Shown here one piece after another: positions 24,001-36,912 of a stretch of DNA of 64,000 nt (the stretch's first letter is position 1; each line of letters begins with the position of its first letter). The translations under genes were made by a program, and so were the position numbers. The notes under the pieces were generated by a model. It was given only the letters and a program-made list of their open reading frames with translations, made no database searches and was not told where the DNA came from. Origin of the DNA: Cystobasidiomycetes sp. EMM_F5 (lineage: Eukaryota); the NCBI GenBank assembly GCA_051047955.1, contig JBPGPT010000004.1, positions 496,001-560,000 of the forward strand, given 5' to 3'.

Positions 24001-25323
24001 GCCCGTCTCCTGCGTTTGCATTGGCCATGAAATCGGGAGAACGATGCGAGCTGCTGGGTGATGTAGAGATGTGCGCATTTGCAGCGACAGGCAAACCTCC
24101 GCCTGCTGAAAGTGGCTGACTTACGGTATAGTATGCTGATCCGGTATGGGGAATCGTAGATGGTGCAGACACGCCTTGTGCATCCCTTGCACCAGCCTGT
24201 GATCGAACTTGGTTTGCAAATACCGAGGTTGCTGGATTTCTCGAGCTGGAGGAAGCAGAAGGGGAGGTTGCCATCTTGGATGATGGAGCATCGAGACGAC
24301 GTCGCTGATGCCGTGGAGAAGTAGAAAAGGACTTGGGTTGAATCTGCGAGGATGGAGTGAAGTTTGTGCTCATTCCGCCGCTTGTCGGAATAGGCAGTCC
24401 TTGAGGAGCATTACTACCAAACGTGTCGGCTGAAGCCGAGATTGTGCTTCTGTCCATGCCGTTGACGGAATTTGGATCAAACAGGTCATCTACCGTAAAC
24501 CACGATGGCTCTTGCAAGTTGGCATTATCGTTGCTCGACAATTGCGCAAGGGCACTCGAGAATGGACTGAGTGCTTTCCCTGGATCTCTGTACGCGGTAC
24601 TCGCAGTACTGGTAGCGTTATTTGCCAAGTCGAATCCACGTTGGGTGATAGGAGCTCTAGTCCCACTTGCGCCAGCAATGGCAGCAGCGGCAACAGCAGC
24701 TGCCGTCTGTGCGTCGGCGGAGGACGATGTAGATTGTGTGTCGAGAATGTACTCGGTGCCGTCCTCCTTCTTTGCCATGCGCTGCCACGATTTCAGAGCG
24801 GGTGGATTGTTTCGCCCGGTTGCGACGGCTGTCCGTAGATCCCGAGACAGCAGTTCGCGTGCTTCGATATCGCCGACCAGTCTACAAGGTGGGTCATACA
24901 CAGGGTGCCCTTTTCTCAACTGTCACTTGACTCACTCTTCCAGTAAGGCCTGAGCTCTCGGATCGTCATTGTGGAGGAGTCCACCTAGCAGCGCTTCCAT
25001 CCTGTGCATCCTGTTTTCGATTGCTTCGATGTAGCCTTTTGGGGGACCGCTGCATGACGACGAGTCAAATGTTAAAATGTCTTATTTGCAGTCGTTTGCC
25101 CGTCGTCTTTCCCTCACCGCTTCTTGCTCGCTCCCAAAAAGGTACACTCGTGCCCTGCCGCTCTGCAATTCACGCACGGCGCCTCCTCCCCCTGCCCATC
25201 CTCGCCGATTCCCTCCCTCACACACCTGCTCTTTGCCCTCCTGCAGTTGTCGCACGCCTTTGACGAGCGCTTCTTCTTGTCGTCGTTGCCGAGCGTGGAC
25301 ACGGAGTCTGTGGTTGTCGACAT
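21030..25323 (-). CDS. Zn(II)2Cys6 fungal transcription factor with middle homology region
   Basis: ACDNCRRAKSRC...PCVNCRAAGHECTF, RYHGRSSGLYL and MAIRMAQDLGLFRD..RKRVWWAC. Confidence 0.93.
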
Positions 25324-25655
25324 TGGGAGTGGTTAGTGAGTAAGTAGAGAAGGAGTGCAGTCATGGAGTGTACAGCGACATGGTCAGTGGGTGGAGTTGG
25401 AGCGGGTGCAAGGTGAATGCGAGCCATTAGCGTGAGTATTAATGATGACTTGTAATAATCTATACAACTGGAGTGATTGCTAGACTGGTGAGAGGGTAAT
25501 GCGTAACGACGATGCCCTTAGTACTCGGAAGAGTATTCCTATTCATCGACATTACAATTGATTACTATTACTCCTCCATACCCGGACACACCGTTTACCC
25601 GGTCCATACAAGTGGTAATCATATTCAAGTGAGCATACTAACGCTTGCATGTCGG

Positions 25656-25714
25656 TTGTAATGGATCCATTGTAATGAATGCCATTGTAATGAATGCCAT
25701 TGTAATGCTGCCAT
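25656..25714. repeat. Tandem ~15-bp repeat (GCCATTGTAATGAAT), about 4 imperfect copies, in a divergent promoter
   Basis: ttgtaatggatc cattgtaatgaatgc cattgtaatgaatgc cattgtaatgctgccat. Confidence 0.85.
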
Positions 25715-25842
25715 GCTCACTCGACGCTCAGAGTATACCGTTGTACATGAATGTCTTGCAGAGTATTAGAATGAAGATTATAATCTCGACTACTGACAAC
25801 AAACACAAACATGAATGAATACTCTAAAACATACAACACACA

Positions 25843-28800
25843 ATGACTGCTGCCATCATCAACAAGCTGCGCTTCAAGCGGAGCGAGAGCAGTATTGACA
25901 AGAGGGCCATTCAGCACACCCACGCAGAGACACACACCAGCCAGCGACCAGCAGCGTGGGCAGAGGATGCCCATATTGACACTGACGCTGCATCCCCTCT
26001 CCTCGATGTACCCCTCACGGCCGACTTTGACTTTCGAACCAGTGTCATTGTGGTGGGCATATACTGAATACGGTGTCATTGTCCAGACTGACGACGTCGA
26101 CAGCCCCAGCTCATATCCACCCAAGACAATGACGAGCTCGTCAACATGTCGGCAAGGTACAGGTCGCCGTATCGACGCGGAGCATGGCAGTCGTCGGTGC
26201 CGGTGAATGGGAGGGGAGGGGGCAATGAGGACTCTTCAACGTCCGTGTCCTCGTCAAAGGCATCTCGGAGCATTGATAGCGCATCCTCTACATCCCACTC
26301 GCACGCTGTGGTTCGAGCACAACCCACAGCAACCACGTTGACGGCCCGATATATATCAAGTTCGGCCACCCACTCGCACGCTATGGCTCGAGCACAACCC
26401 ACAGCAACCACGTCGACGGCCCGATATATATCAAGTTCGGACACTCACTCGCACGCCATGGCTCCTGCGCAATCCACAGCAACCACGTCGACGGCCCTCA
26501 CATTCTCCCTGTCAAGTTCGTCCACATCCACATTCGCCACGTGCGCTTCCTCACCCAGCACAGCATCACTCGCGCCCTCTCCGTCCACCGCCCAAGCAGA
26601 GTTTTACGCAGCGAGGGATGCTGCACGCGGACACGGCTTGTTTAGTGGGGGTGTGCTCGAGAGGGATGTACTGAGTAAATTGGGCATACATGAGGGAGGA
26701 GAAGAGAATGGGAGAGAGACACCGACGAGTGTGTCGAGTCGGAGCGGGTGGGTAGGTGGGAGTGAAAAAGGAAAGGGAAGGTCGAGAGGGTATAGTCGGG
26801 CGAGGAGTCCAATGCCGGATACGCTTGCAACGAGTCCTCCTCTCATGACAAATCCGATGCCATTAACGCTTGCAACCAGTCCTCCTCTCCCTCCCCTACT
26901 CACTACTCATGCTGGGTCGCCAGCGAAGACACAAGAATATGATCCATACAGACCGCCCATCAGTCCACAGCGGGATGGCACCAGCTCACATGCCAATCAC
27001 AACGACGACACAAACGACATACCAAGTAGCGCTTCAACAGTTTTGCCAAATCAACAAGGTATGATCCCCACTGCATCGACCAATGTAACTGCGCTAGGCA
27101 ATAAATTGTCAGACATCTCGAGCCCGACACAGTACTATATGCGGGCATTCGAGAGTAATCCAATGGACGGACGTGCACATTCCAGCACGTCGCACGAGGG
27201 TCAAGCTGGTCGCGCCTATTCTCAGTACGACTACGACTTTTCAGCATCCGAAGACGAGGGCAACAATCTCGTAAATTCGTACGTATACAGCCAAGATGGT
27301 ACACATTCAGAGCGAGACGCGTCGTCGGCGCACCACGAGGACGGAAATACGCTATCGTCAAACGAATTGACGATGCACTCTATATCGTCCGGCGCGGATA
27401 TGGACATGCATCCGTATAAGGCGTTTCGATACGACGACACCGCAGAGATTGACCCTCCTTTACGACGTGTACCATCAGAGCAGGACCTAGTGCAGCGGAC
27501 TCTTGCAGCGCAAGATCGTGTGCTTGTCTCCGGCGAAAAGCGACAGCCGCGCGAACAAGCTGATGCCGCTGTAGAGGTCGAAGTGGAAGTGATGACGGCT
27601 TCGCCCGACGTCTCTTCAGTGGGCTCGCCCGCTTTGAGTTATCTGCGCTTGTCCTCCGATACGACGCCGACTGTTCCCAACTCGTTTCTAGCAGCTCTCA
27701 ACGGAGCGAGTGCAAATGTCCGACAATCTGCTGTATCGGCAAATTCTGCAAACTCAGCTTATGGAGGTATACAACCCGCCAGTCCCCCCGCAACAACTCA
27801 GACGACCAATTTTCCCCCGCTCTCGCCCACGGCTTTGCCTCGATCTACGAGAACGTCAAGCTGGTCACAGCCGCGTACACCACCTCCATCTATGAGTCTG
27901 CCAGCAATACCTACGAGCTCGTCGCTCAACAAACTCGATACGGTAGCGGAGGGACCTTTGCAATCGCCCGTTAGACCAAAGCCGAAGAGTCACAGGAGTA
28001 GTGGACTGAGCATCCTTTCTGCCGGATCGTCATATCGTGGTCCATCACTTTCGTATGCTAGTGAAAACATACCTCCTTCGCCGACCTCGCCGTCTACAAC
28101 GCCCGGGACCGCACAACATGACAAATTGTCGGATCTTCTACAAGAAGCGCCCCAACGTTCCTGTCTGATTTTTGGAAACGATGAATCTATGGAGACGGAT
28201 GTACAGGACATGGAAGCGTTTCTCCTAAATCAGGTCGGAGGTCTGGATATACAGGACCTCGTTGCGATGCAGCATCAGCTCGCGACGGTACGTGAACAAG
28301 GTGTAGTATCCGAAGCGAAAAGCGATACTGTCGAAACTAGTGTGACGCTGGATGATGCGCCGAGCGCGCGGCTAGACAATGCGGACGAGGCCTTTGCTCC
28401 AAAGATAGATATGCGTGCCTCCGGTGACGACTCGCAGGCCACTGCGCCAGATGTCAGCGGCAAATCTATAGATCTGTCTGGCGAAGAAGCGGCTGGGACG
28501 GTACTGGCGATAACAGCCCCAGTAGATGCGCCAACGAAGCCCGACAAATTACTATACAACACATCTCCGCTGACAAGCCCCGAACGACAGCTTTCGCAGA
28601 AGATCTCGAGCACCTCGCATCCCTCCACTCCTGTTCAGCCATCAAATGGTCATGCAGAAGTCGATGCCTCGTTGAGCATCACTCAGCCGGGCGATATTTC
28701 GACAGATAGCTCGTTTCTCAGTCAACCTTATACTCCGCCAAGCACATTACGAGGCATGCCTCGGCGCGCTCCCAACTCGACCCCCTCTGTCCTCCTCAGA

Positions 28801-31093
28801 TCAGTCCAATTGCAAGCGCAGGAAGCTACGACAGCACTGAAGGGCAGGTCACCTCAGAATGACGCTTTCGTATCTCAGATGCCTTCCGAGCCCTCTCATG
28901 GGTTTCTACGAAAGCGAAGTCCATCCCTCGCTCGCAGCAAATCCGTCAAAAACCTTAAGATCTCCGATCCCAAACTCGTCAGTACAAGTGCAAATTTGCA
29001 AACCACAAAAGAATTGCCACATCCGGCTTCTATCAGCCGTGTTGCCCTCACTCCAGTATCTAGAGCTGTCACATCACCATCTGCGAGCGAGCAGAGCTTC
29101 GCAGGCCACGATGGTAAAGCGAGTCCTGCAGGTTTCTCGTTCAAGAAGCGCATTGCTCGAGCGGCATCTGCCAACAAATTATCACGCCAAGATGAGAGAC
29201 CTGACTCGCCTGCTTCTTCTGTATCGCATCTCCGTTCCGACTCGGCTAGCCATTCGCGAGGAAGTAGTGGCGATACGAGACCTAGCGACGTGCATACGGG
29301 CATTCGATCGTTAATGTCAAAACTGACCCGTCGTAAGCCATCTCTAAGACATACCGTCATGATCCCAGAACCTTTCGTCATCAGCCCTCGAGCTGCCACA
29401 TTTTCCAATAGCATCGCCAATGGTCAAACGCCAAGGGACGAGCAGAATGGAGACTTACAGCCTCCGAGCACGCCGTTCTCGACCCATCGAAATGGGAAAG
29501 GCGGTTCCTACACGGGCAGTGAGGCCGGCAGCCAGCTCGCAGATGTCAGTCCACTCAAATACAACGCAAAGACTTCGCCTGTGCGTGATGTCGGAAGTCA
29601 GTCTGCAGCGAATGAAAGCCAGGAGGGCAATCCTCGAGCGTCCGCCGCCAGTCTTGAAAGCATGCGCAGGCTTTACGAGGCTGCCAGTGCTCTCGGTCTG
29701 GACTCAGACAAAGTCAACGATTTGATCGATGCAGCCGGCTACAGTCGTAAATCTGCATCACTGCAAGCTGTGCTACAGGCATCTACACATGAACCTTTAA
29801 CTCCCGTCTCGAGTATGGTTTCTCCAGCGAGATCACCCGAATCGTCTCGTCCCTCTGGTGACTTGAGCCTCGCATCTCACGGAGAAGCAGAAGTAGATTT
29901 CTCAAATACATCTTTGGCAAGTCCGTTGCGAAGAACGCCTTCCTCACGACGCAAAATGCCCCCTATAATGAGTGGTCTACAGAGCAGCAGTCAGGCTTCC
30001 CCGTCAGCTCCATCGGAATATCATGCGCGAAACCAGTCCAATGTATCTTTGTCTGCTCCTGGTACTTCGACTAACACGAGCGAACATCGCCGCTCCATCC
30101 GGGACAGACCTGCTACGCCTCCACCCACTCGGTCGAGCGTACACCGTCGTCGCAAATCGGAGGCACAAGAGGCCGAAGGTATACTGCCCATCTCTGCTTC
30201 CAGCTCCAACAACGCCATCAATACGCCAAGTGCTATTAGACGAATGTCTACTGTTAATGCTGTCGTAAATGACGTCCGCTCAGATGTGCAGCCTGTACCA
30301 GTAGCCCGCACGGGCCTCGCTGCGCCAAACAACCCGCACGCACGGACGTCTGCGATGTCATCGAGAACACTTGGCTCATATGATGCACGCTCTATATACG
30401 GCATGTACGAGTACGACGACGACGAGCTACCGCCAATGTCGCATCTCAATGTCATCGTCGCGTCTGGTCATATCCCTGCTCCATCGTTCGCAGCCAAGCG
30501 TGCATCGATAAATCTGGCTCCCGGCATCGACCTCTGCAACTTCACTAAGGGTGCATCAAATCGTCATTCACGAGTCGAACTGACGGAATTTGCAAATGGC
30601 GATATTGCCTTCAACATTGTACAATCGTTGAGAAACAATGGCCAACTATCCGCTTCTCCTAGCGGACGCGATACATTCTTCCCGATTGAGCAACTGCATC
30701 GCCGTATTGAAAGTGGAAGCAGCTATGGCGAGCAAGACATAGACGATCACGCCGAAGAAGAACCATCACCCAATCCAGCCGAAGCAGATCCACTCCGGTT
30801 GCTGGTTCGTCGACATCAGAGGACGCATCCGTCTGGCGCAGGTCGGGAGTACCAACCAAAACGCCGTACGAATGTGGGAATGCCTTCGTCACACTCACAA
30901 CAGTCTATAGTACGTCTAGCATTGGGAACAATCACAAGTAAAGTATGTCGGATAGCAGCGGAGCTGACACGGCGCTTTGCAGGTTGATGTTTACGAGGCA
31001 AACGAAGATCAAGTCGCCGCTCTTATTGAGGAATTGACACGCGGACTTGACGAAGGGCAGTTCGATCTGTCACGCGCAAATCATACTGCATGA
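25843..31093 (+). CDS. Large (~1700 aa) Ser/Pro-rich, mostly disordered fungal protein of unknown function
   Basis: Upstream exon 25843-26052 splices in frame (DFRTSVIV|PQL) into the 1613-aa ORF. A last exon after an intron at ~30874-30982 ends GLDEGQFDLSRANHTA*. Confidence 0.75.
26294..26500 (+). repeat. Coding 75-bp (25-aa) tandem repeat, about 2.8 copies
   Basis: HSHAVVRAQPTATTLTARYISSSAT / HSHAMARAQPTATTSTARYISSSDT / HSHAMAPAQSTATTSTA. Confidence 0.9.
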
Positions 31094-31245
31094 ACTTGTA
31101 ATTTCCGCCGCGAAGGCCATTTGTGCCGTTACGACGCAAACGACGGAGTCCGCTCTTTCCTTGTGCTGTAGCGATTGCAACGCAACACCTGTAGCTTAGC
31201 ATAGGTACAATTTAATAATGATGCGCCGGGCGTGCAGCGTAAAGG

Positions 31246-33489
31246 TCAGGACAACTTCTCGTGATGTGCTGGAACCGGCCACAATGCCTCCTCCCATGCA
31301 AGCAGCCTCTGCTGGTGCTGTTTGAGCTCTTGAGCAGATATTTCGACGTCTAAGGCATCGTTAATTCCAATTAAAGTTTTGCCTGTGGCGTCTCGCAGCA
31401 TGGCCGTCGTTGTGTCTGGATTGCCATGCATTGCTCCAAAGTACGTCTCACTCTTTCCCATGACGTACGAATACCTCTGAATCAAACGTACTGCGTACGC
31501 TCGGCGTAGCCGTTCGTCTCGAAGCGTAGATGACGGCGTGAAGTCCGCATCTTGCCAAGTAAGGCTAGTTCCGCCAATGAACGCCTGCAGGGCCATGTTG
31601 TCCTCGGTTGATATCGCGCCTCGTTTCGGCGGCAGAAAGGCCTCGAGGCCTACCTCGCCAGATGCTCCCAGCAAAGCCACGATGATGCAATCTCCGCATT
31701 TTGGCCGTTGGAAGGCTATGCGTTTAAAAGTGGCTTCCGGCACATCAGACGTTTCTGCTCCAAAGAAATTACTGCCGAAGCAGCGGGTAAGTGAAACGCT
31801 GCAGGACACTGGGTATCGCCCATCAAAGGCGCCGAAGGAAGTATTTCGGCTGTCCGAATAGGGGTAGCCGTCCGCGCTGGTGTGTCGATACCAAGTCGTA
31901 GGTGGATGCAGCCCTGCTCGCCGAAACACAGGCTCGATAGACTCATTCGCTTCCGTATCGAGCGCTGCAAGTCGGTTAGGGGTGCGAAAGCCTAGCCTGT
32001 CACCGGCTCGCTGTCCGCCTAGAGACTGCAGCATAGTATGTTTCTCGCCTATCGACCAGCTGTTTGAGAGATCCGAGTCTGATTTGAGCATGATAAATGA
32101 CCAAAGTAGAGCTTCCCGATGTTTCTCAATATTCCAGAAAGCGCTGAGTAGAGGTGCGTAGATCTCGTTTCCCGTACCGCGGAATCTGACTGCGCTTGTC
32201 TGGACCAATGGCTGTCAGCACACTGTTTTAACACGATACAGCGATCACCAACCTCTGCTACCTCCGACTGCCAAACTTCACTGACTTCCTTAAGCATTGG
32301 CACATCGATCGTGTACGGTACGTGCTCGAACCAATTACGGAATCTCTTGCCGAAGCGGGCGTCCACAAGACTTGCTGTATAGGCGCTCACTCTACCACGA
32401 GCCTGAGACTTCAGACGAAGGAGCTCCTCAGGATTATCTGTACCCTCGAACCACTTTCTATAATCGAGGCGATAAACCGGGCCATATAAAGCGGATGCAA
32501 AATCGCTCTGCGCGACAGCTTTTGCAATGTACATGTCATCGTTAAGGTATACCTGATAAGAAAGTCAGTCAAGCCCCGGCCACAAGCTGCAGACAAAGCC
32601 ACACAAGAGTATCGCTGAGCCCGGGTACGTTGATCAATTGACTTTCTATTGCATGTGAGTTGAAGGTGGGAAGGGTCGTAATCCGATCTTTCAGAGAAGA
32701 GCTGAAGACATCCCAGTGAGCGATGAAGCGGATTTTACTGCTAGGACCTTCGCTGGTGAGGTTGTACCAGGGTGGGACTTGCATCTTATAGCAAGGTCTG
32801 TTTGGATCGACAGCTTCCGATGGCGCCGTCGCTTCGTTCGGTAAGGAGCAGGGAAGTGAGGTCGAGAGCACGGATCCTGTGCGAGCAAAGGGCATGTTTT
32901 GCGATACCGAGCGCATGGAATACTTTAATTGGCCAAGGTCCCGGAAATTTCGTGCCCGCCCACCTTGCGAGGGGTTGCTCAGCTGTGTCTTTCGGGCGAA
33001 TTCATCCTTCCAAGCCTGGAAGTATGGTGTATTCTGCACAAAGGTCCATACTACATCGATGGGTGCCTCCAGGTCGGCTTGCACCGGCTTGTTCAAGTCT
33101 GTGAGAAGTTCAGCGCACAGCACACCTTTGCTGATCCACTGATCAGCGCACTGCAATGACATAAGCCGCTGGCTGCCAGTCGGCAGCACAAAGTGGGTAG
33201 AGGCGATCGAACTATCGCCTGGCATAGGATGTCGAGTGACGAGGTTATCTTTGTAGCTGGACAATGGTCGACGAAGACCAAGGTAAACCTCTACACGAAA
33301 GTAGAGAACAAGACAGCAGAGTCCACCGCAGAGAATGATGAACGTCGGCAATTGGCGACCGCATCGCCTCGCTTCGTACAGGCTGATTGCTGACCCGCTC
33401 GACTGCAGCATGGGTATGTAGCTCGCATGTCTCTCGTCGTTATTAGCATCGTTGATAGTACCCACTTGTATGGGCAGAGCCAGGCTCAT
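31246..33489 (-). CDS. Stealth-family sugar-phosphotransferase (XPT1 xylosylphosphotransferase-like), copy A
   Basis: N-terminal TM segment; CR1 IDVVWTFV; CR2 FRDLGQLKYSMRSV..LPTFNSHAIESQL..YLNDDMY; CGDCII; CR4 IGINDAL. Confidence 0.85.
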
Positions 33490-33605
33490 ATCCGATCGCC
33501 TTTGTTCCGCGATCCCAGTAGCAGAAATAGGTGCGGACTTGACCCATGCATAGGGAGTATGCGACCGAGTACGTGGCTTTGGAGATGTCTCTAGAATAGC
33601 GAGAA

Positions 33606-36372
33606 TTACCGTGCATGCCCCAGGTTCTCAATCTCTGAAGGTATGGGCCACATAGCGCGATGCCAATCTTGTAGAATTCTCTCGTGTTCTTCCTCTTCTT
33701 CCGGAGAAATATAATCACTCAAACCGTCGTTAAGGGAGATGAAGGCAACAGGGTTGGTATAGAGCTGTGAAAGTAGCTGCTCCGTTGAAGCGGGCTGATC
33801 GTGCATCTTCTCATGGGCATAAGTTGATTCGCCTGCAAAGGCCGCAAGTTGTAAGCTTGAAATGCTGCTTACCATGCTTGACGCAGTGTAGAAAGCTTAC
33901 CCAGGACGTAGCTATATCGCTGTATCAAGCGTACGGCAAAGTCACGTTTGTGCCATTTTCCGAATTGCAACGCGGTATTCAAGGAGAAATCGCCCAATCG
34001 CCAATCGGACGAAGGACCGCCTATGAATGGGGCAGGATTTGCCAAGCTGTAGGAAGCCTCTGGAGGCGCATCTGAAGGGGGAAGGAACGGCTCCAGCCCA
34101 TCGATGCCAGCGCGATTCAACATTGCTGCGAGTATGCAATCGCCGCACTTTGGTTGAGCGAAGGCGACATTTTGGAATATCCACTGCGCAGGCGGACTCT
34201 CTGTTTCGTCTAAATCGAAGAAGTCCTCGCTTCCAAAGCAAACTGTGATGTTCAGTCTGCAGAAGACCGCATCTCTACCATCCAGTTGAGGGTACGCTTG
34301 ACGAGATCGCCAAAAGAAAGCATAGGTGTCCCTGCTGGTCCAGCGATAGACAGTTTCACGAGGCACTGCTAATCCAACGGAGTGCAAAAGAGCGTTGACT
34401 TCTCCATTGCGATCGGTTTGGGTTGCACTAGATCGCAGAGGTACGCGGACGACGATAGTGTCAGCTGAGCGCTTGCCTCCAATTGCACTGAGCAGTCCGC
34501 TTTTCTCGTCTGCTGAGAAGGAGTTCGACTCGTCTGCGTCGGTGCGCGCCATCAGCAGAGACCATAGTAATGCCTCTCTGTGCTTCTCCATGACGTATAG
34601 GCTGCTGAGAAGCGGAAGGTAATACTCTGTACCCCTCCCACGAAACCTGACTTCGGCGGTCTGACAGCCCCAGAATCAGTGACGAACGGCTGGAAAGTAT
34701 CATGAAGACATACCTCTTTTAGTTCACGCCCCCAGATCATAGAGCATTCTTCAGCCATGGGTATCGAGATTGTATGGGCAATGTGTTCAAGCCAAGGTCG
34801 GAGGCGATGACCGAAACGCTCGTCTGGAACACCAGCGGCATAAGTACTGGTTCGGTTCGGAGAGCGCAACTCACCTATCAAGCCGACAGTGGAGGCGCTG
34901 ACCCTGTTCCGCGTCTCTGGATCGTATCTCCACAAGCCCCGCCTACTCCTGCCGAGGACCCAATGTGTTGCGCGGAAGCGGATTACCGGTCCAAACAACG
35001 CCGAAGAAAAGTCGCTGGGCTCCATACGCTGTGATGAGGTCAGTATTAATCATTTTCATTACCAAACAGTCTTGCCCACCTTGGACAAGTATGCATCATC
35101 ATTTAGATATACCAAGGTCTCGGCATTGTCAGCTATATTCGCCAACTGACTCTCTATCGCATGACTGTTGAAGACAGGCAGTGTATTCGTTCTCCAATTA
35201 GTTATGCTGTGGGTGAGAGAGGTACTGAACGCATCCCAGTGGGATACAAGCTGTATGCGCGATGATGGGAGCACTGCCAGTGAGGCATTGAGCCAAAATG
35301 GCGCCTGCATGATCCTACAGGAGGCTGTGCCTTCCAGCGTCTGCTCAAACAGATGGGATTCTAAATCCTGCGACTCTGGGGGACCTGCAATTGGCAAGGA
35401 TGCCGAGAGCAGAGAGGCTTTGCGCATAAAGGGTGCATTCTTGATAACTGAGCGGATGCCATATCGTAATTGGTCATGGGATCGGAAGTTCTTGGTCCGA
35501 GTGCCCTGTTCAGCCTTGTATCGACGTTGTCCGGTAGCATAATAATCCTTCCACGATACCCAATGATTACTGTCTTCGACAAATGTCCATGCGAAATCAA
35601 CGACTGCTTCAGGTAGCGTACCATTCCTGCTGTTACCCAGTAGCTCGTCACACAATGTGCCGCGACTGATCCATTGATCGGCACAGGCTTGTGTGAATGT
35701 AGTTTCTCCGGCAGTCTTGCGGAGTTGTAAGCTGGGATGCTCGAATTGTTCTGATTGTCCCTCATTTGATGTTGTTGCGTGGACGATCCACCCGGGGTCA
35801 TGAAAGTCAACCTCCCGACATTCTGGAGGTTTCGGATAAGCATGCGGAACCGCAGCGACATCGTGATGTATCCGCAAAGGCGGAGATGCCCGCTTCAAGT
35901 CGTGCGGGAGTGGTAAATTGGCATGTATCTTTGCAGCAAGTTTATGCAGCGAATCGTAGCGCGGCTTGTCTAGATAGACATCAGTAGAGATGGAGGCTGA
36001 CAGGAGGAGCACTGCTGATAATATGCCTATCATGCCGCACATGCACAACCGGCTTTTGCGAGCCTGTACAAACGAGGCTGATCTTAGACGTGTCGAGACG
36101 TTAGAGAACGACCTTGTCCTGAAACCCTTGTCATCGACCTTTTCGTGATATTCCGGCAGAGGCTTAGTTGGAAAGGATGCCGTATAGACCGAGCCGTCAA
36201 AGCTTGGGAGCCTGCTAGGTGGTGTGTCGAGGGTGACTATCGACAAAGACGCTTCGAATGAGGAGGACGCGGTCGGTGTATGCTCAACGACGCCATCCGT
36301 ATACTTGGGCGGACGGCCAGAAAGACTGGCTCTTCGTACCGCTGTATCGTGAATGGCTTCCAGCTTCGGCAT
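33606..36372 (-). CDS. Stealth-family sugar-phosphotransferase (XPT1-like), copy B
   Basis: TM segment; VDFAWTFV; FRSHDQLRYGIRSV; LPVFNSHAIESQL..YLNDDAY; CGDCIL; FISLNDGL. Confidence 0.85.
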
Positions 36373-36912
36373 CAGTGCAGCTCAGGATATGGTCAAAATA
36401 GCGGTTGCGTCTTCTGTATGAGTACGTTCAGTCCCTCAGCGAGCCCACAAGGCGTGGGAGGTTTCCGAAACTCGTCGACAAAGGAAACACGGACTCTTGA
36501 CCACATCTTAGCATGCGTCACGCATTCTCGCAGCCACGCCAGCAAATGTAGACCTATCTCGCACTCTGGACAGCTGATTGCAATCAGTTCAGTTACATCG
36601 GCCTGACGAGCAAGTCGGAACGACGTTCGTGTCTTCAGATTAGCACAAGCATGGGTGGAGCAGCTGCATAGAGTCGTCTGAAGCCAGTAGTGCCGGCATG
36701 ATGTAGGTTAAAGCAAATTGGCAAACGACAAACAGCCATCATGCTCAAGGTCAACCAGGTAGTAATCAGTTTGAAAGACATCAATTACGCGGCTGCATTA
36801 GTGTTTATTCCTTATCGGTATGCGAGACTGACTATGCTAGACTTGAACAGAAAGCGACAATGAGGGGTCGCATGCAGTCTTCCCACCTTTCTTGCCTCCG
36901 CCCGAAAAGACC

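Noticed and set aside
2708..25323. SDRs + AsnB-like gene + Zn2Cys6 TF as a secondary-metabolite cluster
   Set aside because: No backbone synthase, and the genes are interspersed with housekeeping genes (MRPL4, GUT1, RIB7, ALG6).
25656..26500. Tandem repeats as a CRISPR array or transposon ends
   Set aside because: Eukaryotic context, contiguous repeats without unique spacers, and no transposase or terminal repeats.
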